From contig CATNEN010000012.1 of the NCBI GenBank assembly GCA_950097015.1, positions 992,001 to 1,056,000 of the forward strand: 64,000 bases of DNA, in the 5' to 3' direction. This DNA comes from Macrostomum hystrix. Taxonomy: Eukaryota > Animalia > Platyhelminthes. Below, piece after piece: positions 26,751 to 37,957 of the stretch. A model generated the notes under the pieces. The model ran no database searches. It was not told where the DNA came from and saw only the letters and a program-made list of their open reading frames with translations. A program made the translations under genes and the position numbers. Each line of letters starts with the position of its first letter. Position 1 is the stretch's first letter.

Positions 26751-27224
26751 GGCTCCAACAGACAAGGGCATCAGAATTGCCCATCTGCCCTTCTGTGTAC
26801 ACCCAGTCAGGCTATTTTATTCCTGAAAACGTGGACTTGCCGGTAAATTGTCAGCTCTATACACTATCCCTGAATGTCAGTGTCAGTCATTATCGTTCAA
26901 TTAATCTGCAGGCAAACAAGGACCAGCGTGTGGGTGTTTTGCCGTTTTCATTTTTTTAAGAGCTTAAAAGTTGTGTTTTTAGGCAAAAACATTTTTGCAT
27001 TTTATCTCCTTTCTTCTGATGTCTTTTTGACTACTTGCGTAAATCTTCTGCTGTTGAAGTCTTCTAATATTATAGAAATTTCTCAGCTGACAACAGTTTT
27101 TCACTTTTATTTGTATTACCGAAGCGTATTATTAAAACCATTCATTTTTTCGTGGACTCATAACAATAGGTCTGCATGCTTCTAAAAAATAGAATCTGTA
27201 CATATAGTGCTACAGCTGTATGTA

Positions 27225-27915
27225 GCAGCCTGCAATCATAGCAGCCTCAACCCTGTGTGGGGTGCTGCCCACCTGCAATCATGGCAGCCTCAACTCTGTG
27301 TGGGGTGCTGCCCACCTGCAATCATGGCAGCCTCAACCCTGTGTGGGGTGCTGCCCGCCTGCAATCATATTAGCCTCAACCCTGTGTGGGGTGCTGCCCG
27401 CCTGCAATCATAGCAGCCTCAACCCTGTGTGGGGTGCTGCCCGCCTGCAATCATAGCAGCCTCAACCCTGTGTGGGGTGCTGCCCACCTGCAATCATAGC
27501 AGCCTCAACCCTGTGTGGGGTGCTGCCCGCCTGCAATCATATTAGCCTCAACCCTGTGTGGGGTGCTGCCCGCCTGCAATCATATTAGCCTCAACCCTGT
27601 GTGGGGTGCTGCCCGCCTGCAATCATATTAGCCTCAACCCTGTGTGGGGTGCTGCCCGCCTGCAATCATATTAGCCTCAACCCTATGTGGTGTGCTGCCC
27701 GCCTGCAATCATATATTAGCCTCAACCCTATGTGGGGTGCTGCCCGCCTGCAATCATATATTAGCCTCAACCCTGTGTGGGGTGCTGCCCGCCTGCAATC
27801 ATATTAGCCTCAACCCTATGTGGTGTGCTGCCCGCCTGCAATCATATTAGCCTCAACCCTGTGTGGGGTGCTGCCCGCCAGCAATCTTAGAAGCCTAAAC
27901 CCTGTGTGGGGGTGC
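27225..27915. repeat. 43-bp minisatellite (GCCTCAACCCTGTGTGGGGTGCTGCCCGCCTGCAATCATATTA)
   Basis: About 16 units. Confidence 0.95.
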
Positions 27916-28499
27916 TGCCACACTTTATGGTGGCCAAACTGAAACGCAAAACTCTAAACGGCTGTTGTCCATAGTAACCAGATCATAACAGTATTGCTGC
28001 TCGCAATATAGCGTTACAACCACCAGTTACAACTGATTTGTATGTAGCATTACTTACTTTACGTAAGGTTGTCGACACTTTTGTTGCTGTCAATTCCGTT
28101 TTAATTGGAATAAACTTTATGTACGAGCAAATACTAGCAAATACGTACTAGCAAATACGAGTAGTTTAGTAGTAAAATGTTGTACAATAAGTTCAAACTT
28201 TTCAAACCACTTAAAAAAATTTTGCTTTTAAAAAAGTTAACTCGGAAGACAAGCTGATAAATTTGAGTTTGATAAATAAATTTATATTTCACAACAGCAA
28301 ATCAAATGCATTCAGTTGCAAAATGGTTTTAATTTACAAAGTTACAAAGTAGAAGCACATGTACATCGCTCTTGCCGAAACGTTGGAAACGTTGGAAACA
28401 CTTTGGTTGCAACTTTATTTAATACATGCGAAACCAAAAGTACTGAAAATATAACACAAAGTACTACACAACACTGACACAACTGTACCTATCCATCAC

Positions 28500-30305
28500 T
28501 GACTCACCCATTAACTCTAGACTTTATCACTGACTCATTATCCACTCCCGACTCACCCCTGACTCATTATCCATTCCAGCCTCATCCCTGACTCATCCGT
28601 CCACTCCAGACTCATCCCTGACTCATCCGTCCACTCCAGCCTCATCCCTGACTCATTATCCATTCCAGCCTCATCCCTGACTCATCCGTCCACTCCAGAC
28701 TCATCCCTGACTCATTATCCACGCCAGACTCATCCCTGACTCATTATCCATTCCAGACTCATCCCTGACTCATCCGTCCACTCCAGACTCATCCCTGACT
28801 CATTATCCACTCCAGACTCATCCCTGACTCATCCGTCCACTCCAGACTCATCCCTGACTCATCCGTCCACTCCAGCCTCATCCCTGACTCATTATCCATT
28901 CCAGCCTCATCCCTGACTCATCCGTCCACTCCAGACTCATCCCTGACTCATTATCCACGCCAGACTCATCCCTGACTCATTATCCATTCCAGACTCATCC
29001 CTGACTCATCCGTCCACTCCAGACTCATCCCTGACTCATTATCCACTCCAGACTCATCCCTGACTCATCCGTCCACTCCAGACTCATCCCTGACTCATTA
29101 TCCATTCCAGACTCATCCCTGACTCATCCGTCCACTCCAGACTCATCCCTGACTCATTATCCACGCCAGACTCATCCCTGACTCATTATCCATTCCAGCC
29201 TCATCCCTGACTCATCCGTCCACTCCAGACTCATCCCTGACTCATTATCCACGCCAGACTCATCCCTGACTCATTATCCATTCCAGACTCATCCCTGACT
29301 CATCCGTCCACTCCAGACTCATCCCTGACTCATTATCCACTCCAGACTCATCCCTGACTCATCCGTCCACTCCAGACTCATCCCTGACTCATTATCCACT
29401 CCAGACTCATCCCTGACTCATTATCCACTCCTGACTCATCCCTGACTCTTCCGTCCACTCCAGACTCATCCCTGACTCATCCGTCCACTCCAGACTCATC
29501 CCTGACTCTTTATCCACTCCAGACTCATCCCTGACTCATCCGTCCACTCCAGACTCATCCCTGACTCATTATCCACTCCAGACTCATCCCTGACTCATCC
29601 GTCCACTCCAGACTCATCCCTGACTCATTATCCACTCCAGACTCATCCCTGACTCATTATCCACTCCAGACTCATCCCTGACTCATCCGTCCACTCCAGA
29701 CTCATCCCTGACTCTTTATCCACTCCAGACTCATCCCTGACTCATCCGTCCACTCCAGACTCATCCCTGACTCATTATCCACTCCAGACTCATCCCTGAC
29801 TCATCCGTCCACTCCAGACTCATCCCTGACTCATTATCCACTCCAGACTCATCCCTGACTCATTATCCACTCCAGACTCATCCCTGACTCATCCGTCCAC
29901 TCCAGACTCATCCATGACTCATTATCCACTCCAGACTCATCCCTGACTCATTATCCACTCCAGACTCATCCCTGACTCATTATCCACTCCAGACTCATCC
30001 CTGACTCATCCGTCCACTCCAGACTCATCCCTGACTCATTATCCACTCCAGACTCATCCCTGACTCATTATCCACTCCAGACTCATCCCTGACTCATTAT
30101 CCACTCCAGACTCATCCCTGACTCATCCGTCCACTCCAGCCTCATCCCTGACTCATTATCCACTCCAGACTCATCCCTGACTCATTATCCACTCCAGACT
30201 CATCCCTGACTCATTATCCACTCCAGACTCATCCCTGACTCATTATCCACTCCAGACTCATCCCTGACTCATCCGTCCACTCCAGACTCATCCATGACTC
30301 ATCCG
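28500..30305. repeat. 29/30-bp minisatellite (ACTCCAGACTCATCCCTGACTCATTATCC) abutting the DEF8 stop codon
   Basis: About 60 units, two main variants. Confidence 0.97.
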
Positions 30306-30311
30306 TGACCC

Positions 30312-33300
30312 TCAGTTGGCAGCAGCGGGCCTCTTGGCCTGCAGTCTGTACAGTCCGTAGTCCGATAGGCGCAGCTCGCAGCTCGGTGTCACCATCAGCA
30401 GGCGCCGAAGCAGGCCCAGCTGATCGACTGCTGATTGGCCAGGCCGGTAGAGCGTCAGCAGGCGCGGGTCGTAGGAGATTGGACCGCCGGCAAGTTGGTT
30501 GGCCCTTCGCACCTCTGATTGGCACTGGCAGACTCGGCAGGCGCGGATTGTATAGCGGCATGTTCTGGGGGTTAAACACAATTGGCTGGGCTTAGGCGAT
30601 GAGGATCTTGGTAGGCCGTAGGGACTTCACATGGATCCCTATCGGAAAGGGTCTTATAGCTGCGATGGCACGGGATCACAATGGGAGATTCAGTTCCAGG
30701 TATTCCTGGGATTATAGTGGGTCATTGGAGGACTATAGTGGGTCATCAGATTTATAATGGTCATAGAACGGATTACAGTTCGTCACATAAGGGATTAGAA
30801 TTGGTAATGGGAGGTAATAAAAAAGGGTCCATGGTAAAATTCCTTCCACTGAAGATGTTTGAGCCCCCTAGAGTCGCACCTGTGATAGATGCTGTCGCAC
30901 AGTCGGCAGTGCACAGCGGACTGGCTGTACTTGTACAGCAGCCTCCGCGGCTCCGTGTTCAAGCAGACGGGGCAGAGCCGCGGGGTGCAACCGAGACAGG
31001 CGGCCCGGTGCTTGGCCGCGCACTGGACAATCTTGGAGGGCTGGCTCATCAGCTGACTCCAGCGTCCTTGCGCCATGGCCAGCAGCTCGCCTGGCGTGAA
31101 GTCGCCGACTCCGCCAGCTTCGCCGCTGCTGTTGGCATCGCAGTCAACGGGCTGCACGAGGTAGCGCACTGAGTCGGGCACCTGGCCGGTGGGAGTGCGA
31201 AAATTTGTTTTACATTGATCCCGCATCTACACAAACTCACAAATCCTCACTGAAACTTTAATCCTCAAATCGAATCAAATCCCCAAATCCAACCAGATCC
31301 CAAATCTATTAAGATCACAAATCGAACAATATCCCCAAATCGAACTATAGATCCCCAAATCGAACTAGATCCCCAAGTCGAACTAGATCCCCAAATCGAT
31401 CCAGATCCCCAAATCAAACCAGATCCCAAATCCAACCAGATCCCAAATCCAACCAGATCCCAAATCTAACCAGATCCCAAATCCAACCAGATCCCAAATC
31501 TATTTAGATCACACATCGAACTCACACGAACTCACACTCACACGATCGAACTCACGATCACAAATCACAGATCCCCAAATCGAACTAGATCCCAAATCGA
31601 ACTATAGATCCCCAAATCGAACTAGATCCCCAAGTCGAACTAGATCCCAAATCAAACCAGATCCCCAAATCGATCCAGATCCCCAAATCCCAGATCCCCA
31701 AATCCAACCAGATCCCTAAATCCAACCAGATCCCCAAATCCAGCCAGATCCCTAAATCCAACCAGATCCCCAAATCCAGCCAGATCCCCAAATCCAACCA
31801 GTTCCCTAAATCCAACCAGATCCCCAAATCCAGCCAGATCCCCAAATCCAGCCAGATCCCCAAATCCAGCCAGATCCCCAAATCCAGCCAGATCCCCAAA
31901 TCCAACCAGATCCCTAAATCCAACCAGATCCCCAAATCCAGCCAGATCCCTAAATCCAACCAGATCCCCAAATCCAGCCAGATCCCCAAATCCAACCAGT
32001 TCCCTAAATCCAACCAGATCCCCAAATCCAGCCAGATCCCCAAATCCAGCCAGATCCCCAAATCCAGCCAGATCCCCAAATCCAGCCAGATCCCCAAATC
32101 CAACCAGATCCCCAAATCGAACTAGATCCCCAATTCAAACCAGATCCCCAAATCGAACTAGATCCCCAAATCGAACTAGATCCCTAAGTCGAACTAGATT
32201 CCCAAATCGAACCAGATCCCAAATCCAACCAGATCCCTATATCGATCCAGATCCCCAAATCCCAGATCCAAACTGCCGTGTCACCTGGTCAGCCAGCTGG
32301 TCTCGCATATCGGGACACAGCCAGCTAGTGAGCAGTGATTGTCGCGCCTGATTCCGAGCCTCTACAACTTCACTCAGTCTGGACAGGAACGGAGCTCGCG
32401 CCCAGTCCATGGAGCTCAGGGCTGGCCCGGCCAGGTGCAGGGTGAGTCGGTCCTGGCACGCCCGGAGCAGTCCGAGAGCTCGTCGACAGACTGGCAGCGG
32501 GTCGCAGTCGCCCGTGGCCAACAGTCTGGCGGGCAGGACGGCTCGGTCATTCCAATGGCAGAGGCGGCAGCAGGGCTGGCCGAAGTAGTTGCAATAGCGA
32601 GAGCTGCCTGATGATAACGTCAGTTCAGCTTTGCACTGGCTGCAGAATGTTGGAACCGACGAATGCGACTTGGCGGGCGCCTGTGGCTGATCAGGTTGAA
32701 AATAAAGGCATAAAATTTGTATCAGAATGGGGTTTCAGAGGATTAAGATTGGGATTTCTGAGAATCAGAATGGGGTTTCAGAGGATTAAGAATGGGATTT
32801 CTGAGAATCAGAATGGGGTTTCAGAGGATTAAGAATGGGATTTCTGAGAATCAGAATGGGGTTTTAGAGGATTAAGAATGGGATTTCTGAGAATCAGAAT
32901 GGGGTTTCAGAGGATAAAGAATGGGATTTCTGAGAATCAGAATGGGGTTTCAGAGGATTAAGAATAGGATTTCTAAGAATCAGAATGGGGTTTCAGAGGA
33001 TTAAGAATGGGATTTCTGAGAATCAGAATGGGGTTTCAGAGGATTAAGAATGGGATTTCTGAGAATCAGAATGGGGTTTCAGAGGATTAAGAATGGGATT
33101 TCTGAGAATCAGAACGGGGTTTCAGAGGATTAAGAATGGGATTTCTGAGAATCAGAACGGGGTTTCAGAGGATTAAGAATGGGATTTCTAAGAATCAGAA
33201 TGGGGTTTCAGAGGATTAAGAATGGGATTTCTGAGAATCAGAATGGGGTTTCAGAGGATTAAGAATGGGATTTCTGAGAATCAGAATGGGGTTTCAGAGG

Positions 33301-36300
33301 ATTAAGAATGGGATTTCTGAGAATCAGAATGGGGTTTCAGAGGATTAAGAATGGGATTTCAGGGAATCAGAATGGGGTTTCAGAGGATTAAGAATGGGAT
33401 TTCTAAGAATCAGAATGGGGTTTCAGAGGATTAAGAATGGGATTTCAGGGAAATCAGAATGGGGTTTCAGAGGATTAAGAATGGGATTTCAGGGAAATCA
33501 GAATGAGGTTTCAGAGGATTAAAAATGGTATTTCTGAGGATCAGAATGGGGTTTCAGAGGATTAAGAATGGGATTTCTGAGAATCAGAATGGGGTTTCAG
33601 AGGATTAAGAATGGGATTTCTGAGAATCAGAATGGGGTTTCAGAGGATTAAGAATGGGATTTCTGAGAATCAGAATGGGGTTTCAGAGGATTAAGAATGG
33701 GATTTCAGGGAAATCAGAACGGGGTTTCAGAGGATTAAGAATGGGATTTCAGGGAATCAGAATGGGGTTTCAGAGGATTAAGAATGGGATTTCTAAGAAT
33801 CAGAATGGGGTTTCAGAGGATTAAGAATGGGATTTCAGGGAAATCAGAATGGGGTTTCAGAGGATTAAGAATGGGATTTCAGGGAAATCAGAATGGGGTT
33901 TCAGAGGATTAAAAATGGTATTTCTGAGGATCAGAATGGGGTTTCAGAGGATTAAGATTGGGATTTCTGAGAATCAGAATGGGGTTTCAGAGGATTAAGA
34001 ATGGGATTTCTGAGAATCAGAATGGGGTTTCAGAGGATTAAGAATGGGATTTCTGAGAATCAGAATGGGGTTTTAGAGGATTAAGAATGGGATTTCAGGG
34101 AAATCAGAACGGGGTTTCAGAGGATTAAGAATGGGATTTCTAAGAATCAGAATGGGGTTTCAGAGGATTAAGAATGGGATTTCTAAGAATCAGAATGGGG
34201 TTTCAGAGGATTAAGAATGGGATTTCAGGGAAATCAGAATGGGGTTTCAGAGGATTAAGAATGGGATTTCAGGGAAATCAGAATGAGGTTTCAGAGGATT
34301 AAAAATGGTATTTCTGAGGATCAGAATGGGGTTTCAGAGGATTAAGAATGGGATTTCTGAGAATCAGAATGGGGTTTCAGAGGATTAAGAATGGGATTTC
34401 TGAGAATCAGAATGGGGTTTCAGAGGATTAAGAATGGGATTTCTGAGAATCAGAATGGGGTTTCAGAGGATTAAGAATGGGATTTCAGGGAAATCAGAAC
34501 GGGGTTTCAGAGGATTAAGAATGGGATTTCAGGGAATCAGAATGGGGTTTCAGAGGATTAAGAATGGGATTTCTAAGAATCAGAATGGGGTTTCAGAGGA
34601 TTAAGAATGGGATTTCAGGGAAATCAGAATGGGGTTTCAGAGGATTAAGAATGGGATTTCAGGGAAATCAGAATGGGGTTTCAGAGGATTAAAAATGGTA
34701 TTTCTGAGGATCAGAATGGGGTTTCAGAGGATTAAGAATGGGATTTCTGAGAATCAGAATGGGGTTTCAGAGGATTAAGAATGGGATTTCTGAGAATCAG
34801 AATGGGGTTTCAGAGGATTAAGAATGGGATTTCTGAGAATCAGAATGGGGTTTCAGAGGATTAAGAATGGGATTTCAGGGAAATCAGAACGGGGTTTCAG
34901 AGGATTAAGAATGGGATTTCTAAGAATCAGAATGGGGTTTCAGAGGATTAAGAATGGGATTTCAGGGAAATCAGAATGGGGTTTCAGAGGATAAAGAATG
35001 GGATTTCAGGGAAATCAGAATGGGGTTTCAGAGGATTAAGAATGGGATTTCTGAGAATCAGAATGGGGTTTCAGAGGATTAAGAATGGGATTTCTGAGAA
35101 TCAGAATTTGGGGTTTCAGAGGATTAAGAATGGGATTTCTGAGAATCAGAATGGGGTTTCAGAGGATTAAGAATGGGATTTCTGAGAATCAGAATGGGGT
35201 TTCAGAGGATTAAGATTGGGATTTCTGAGAATCAGAATGGGGTTTCAGAGGATTAAGAATGGGATTTCTGAGAATCAGAATGGGGTTTCAGAGGATTAAG
35301 AATGGGATTTCTGAGAATCAGAATGGGGTTTCAGAGGATTAAGATTGGGATTTCTGAGAATCAGAATGGGGTTTCAGAGGATTAAGAATGGGATTTCTGA
35401 GAATCAGAATGGGGTTTCAGAGGGTTAAGAATGGGATTTCAGGGAAATCAGAATGGGGTTTCAGAGGATTAAGAATGGTATTTCTGAGGATCAGAATGGG
35501 GTTTCAGAGGATTAAGAATGGGATTTCTGAGAATCAGAATGGGGTTTCAGAGGATTAAGAATGGGATTTCTGAGAATCAGAATGGGGTTTCAGAGGATTA
35601 AGAATGGGATTTCAGGGAAATCAGAATGGGGTTTCAGAGGATTAAGAATGGGATTTCAGGGGATTCAGAATCGCATTTCAAAGAATCCAGAATGGGATTT
35701 TAGAGAATTCAGAATAAGATTTCAAATAACTCAGAATGGGATTTCAGAGAACTCAGAATGGGATTTCAAAACAAGTTGGGATTCCAGAGAGAATTCCGAC
35801 TGAAGCACTCACACTAATCATAGCGTTTGGCCGGAACGATTAAACGAAAACCACACGAGAAAGTTATTGGACTTGATGTATTTAATCGATCTTTAAATCT
35901 TCACTGACCCCGAATCCTTCTATCCACGCTTCCCAAGTCAAGCCATTGCTCAATGATGAGATTACATAAAAAGCATACCGGTGGTCCCCAGTCCAGACGG
36001 GCCTCGCCGCTTTCAACCAGAGCCACGGGGCAGCGGTGCACCCTGTCGCCGCTGGCTGGCGCGGCAGTCCTCCGCAGCAGGCAGTCGCGGTGCAGGCCGC
36101 AGCCGCACAGTCGGCATTTGTAGTACCGCTGCGCGTCGGCGCCGAATCGCAGGCAGTCCTGCAGAGACCGCAGCCGCTGGCCGCACTGCTCGCACCTGTC
36201 GTTGATCGACATAATGAACCTGGCCGCGCTGCCGCCGCTCCGTTGAAACAGGCTGCTGTCGGCATTCGACGTTGTCGGCTGTAGACTGTGGCCGCGAAAA

Positions 36301-36314
36301 ACAAAACAGGTCAT
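30312..36314 (-). CDS. DEF8: DEF8-like protein (C1-like domain + Rubicon homology/DUF4206 domain). Exons: 35979-36314, 32285-32686, 30880-31181, 30312-30564; additional 5' exon(s) possible
   Basis: Exon 1 has the H...CEQC...CRLC...HRDC pattern. Exon 2 has CSQC...RYCNYFGQPCCRLCHWNDRAVLPARL. Exons 3-4 have GELLAMAQGR...CPVC...CRLCDSIYHRTC...CRVC. This matches the DEF8/Rubicon architecture and the phases are consistent. Confidence 0.82.
31265..32265. repeat. ~18-bp minisatellite (AGATCCCCAAATCCAGCC) filling DEF8 intron 2
   Basis: Directly visible; gives the spurious (GIWLDL)n ORF. Confidence 0.95.
32720..35790. repeat. 43-bp satellite (21+22-bp dimer) with higher-order repeats, filling DEF8 intron 1
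   Basis: Unit TGAGAATCAGAATGGGGTTTC-AGAGGATTAAGAATGGGATTTC; a variant recurs every 390 bp. Confidence 0.97.
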
Positions 36315-36945
36315 GCTGAACTCAGTTCTGGTTGAAATTATCCAACTTTGTAGATTCGTTTTATGTAGGTCTCTCGGGTCTACAGCCTGTCTATTATTCT
36401 CTCGAGAAAGCTTCCAAATTTTGTTTGAGGCCGCGAGCCTGCCTCCTTTCTTTTTCTGCTTTTCTTCGCGAATCCAATTCGCTTCATAAGGATTACGTCA
36501 CCTGTGCGAAAGCCTCGGAACTGGCCGGTCGTACAGTATTCTTGCTCGATTTCAGTAGGCCAGAGGGGGTTTGGTTGAGGTGGTGAGTCATCGCCCAGAG
36601 AACATAAAATTGCGCGAGGCAGCGAGTGTACATGCTTCACGCGAATCGAATTGTCGATGTCCATTGGCTAATGCGCGCGCAGCTAGAATGCCCAAGACGA
36701 TTTGGTTTTCACTTTTTAATTAAACAGTGAAACTTATTATCAATATGACAAATTTGTAGCGAAGCCCAAAAGTTGAGCTTCGAAGATGTGCGTCAATAAA
36801 ATTAATGAATTGCTTTCCAATGCTATAAAAATCCTACCCCATTTCCAATAGATATAAGCAAGAAGCTAGATTATTTTCATCACAAGTCTTTGCACGACCG
36901 TACGGAATACCCCATAGTTATACCGAAGTAAGTAGTGCAGCTGGG

Positions 36946-37312
36946 GGGTCGGTGGCAGAGCGTTTATCGCGTTTGCCTCTCGCACCACGGTCCCTAAGTT
37001 CGATTCCACGGCGAGGCCACATATATTTAGGGGCGCAGCCGCGGAGAGAAGGCTTGAGAGCTTGTCGTGCAATTTACGCCCATAAGGGCCAACCTCCAAG
37101 GCACAGTGAAATGCACACTGCCTGACGATGACAAAGTCAGGGCAGATGTACACACCTGTGTGAGCATATGCCTGCGTACAGTATCTGTGTGCGTGTGTGC
37201 TCAGGAGTCAGCGAAATGGGCAGCAATTGCCTCCTCGCTGGCTGCGGGTCTAGTGTCACCAAATGATGTGCCACTGCCCGCAGCCTTCCTGCAATTATTA
37301 TTATTATTATTA
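36946..37312 (+). mobile_element. Full-length tRNA-derived SINE family 2 with 17-bp target-site duplication
   Basis: A-box-like TGGCAGAGCG, B box GTTCGATTCC and a (TTA)n tail. TAAGTAGTGCAGCTGGG occurs at 36929-36945 and 37313-37329. A second copy is at ~60845-61170. Confidence 0.92.
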
Positions 37313-37957
37313 TAAGTAGTGCAGCTGGGTTGTGTTTTATAACCGCATATGATTTTATATAGACACGGTTCAGGACGAAAAGTATATTTTTTGTTTAATT
37401 TGTTTGAAAGTCCGAGCTGCAAGACCCCATTCACTTTATTTTAGAAGCCGCTTTAATCTAGTCTCACTGGCACTTTAAAAAGTCAAAAAATTGTTACAGC
37501 CAAAGGTTCACGATATAACAGCATTAATAAATAAATAAGCGAAGTCAAACGCACAACTGTGCATGCAAGATACCAATTTCCAAAATCTAAAAAGTTATTT
37601 TAGAAATTTTGCTTCAATATATAGGTTTGGAAAGAAATACTGTTTAACTTACATGCGAATTATATCAATTTGGTTATAAGTTTATATCAAATAGCAGCGA
37701 CATGATGGCGTTTTGTTAGTCGAATGTACTTTCATCGAAAGCGAATTTAAAGTTGTTTAAACTTAAAGGTTGTTTAAAATTTAAAGTTGTCCTTGTTTAA
37801 CAATATAGAAATCTACGTACCATCAAGACGATTGACACGTTTTTGATCGTGAATTATTTTCGGTAGCGACGTAGCGTAACATTATTATTGCTATTATTAT
37901 CTGTCACCAGCCTGCATCAGTTACAAATAAATAAAATTACAATTGACTGAAATTTCC

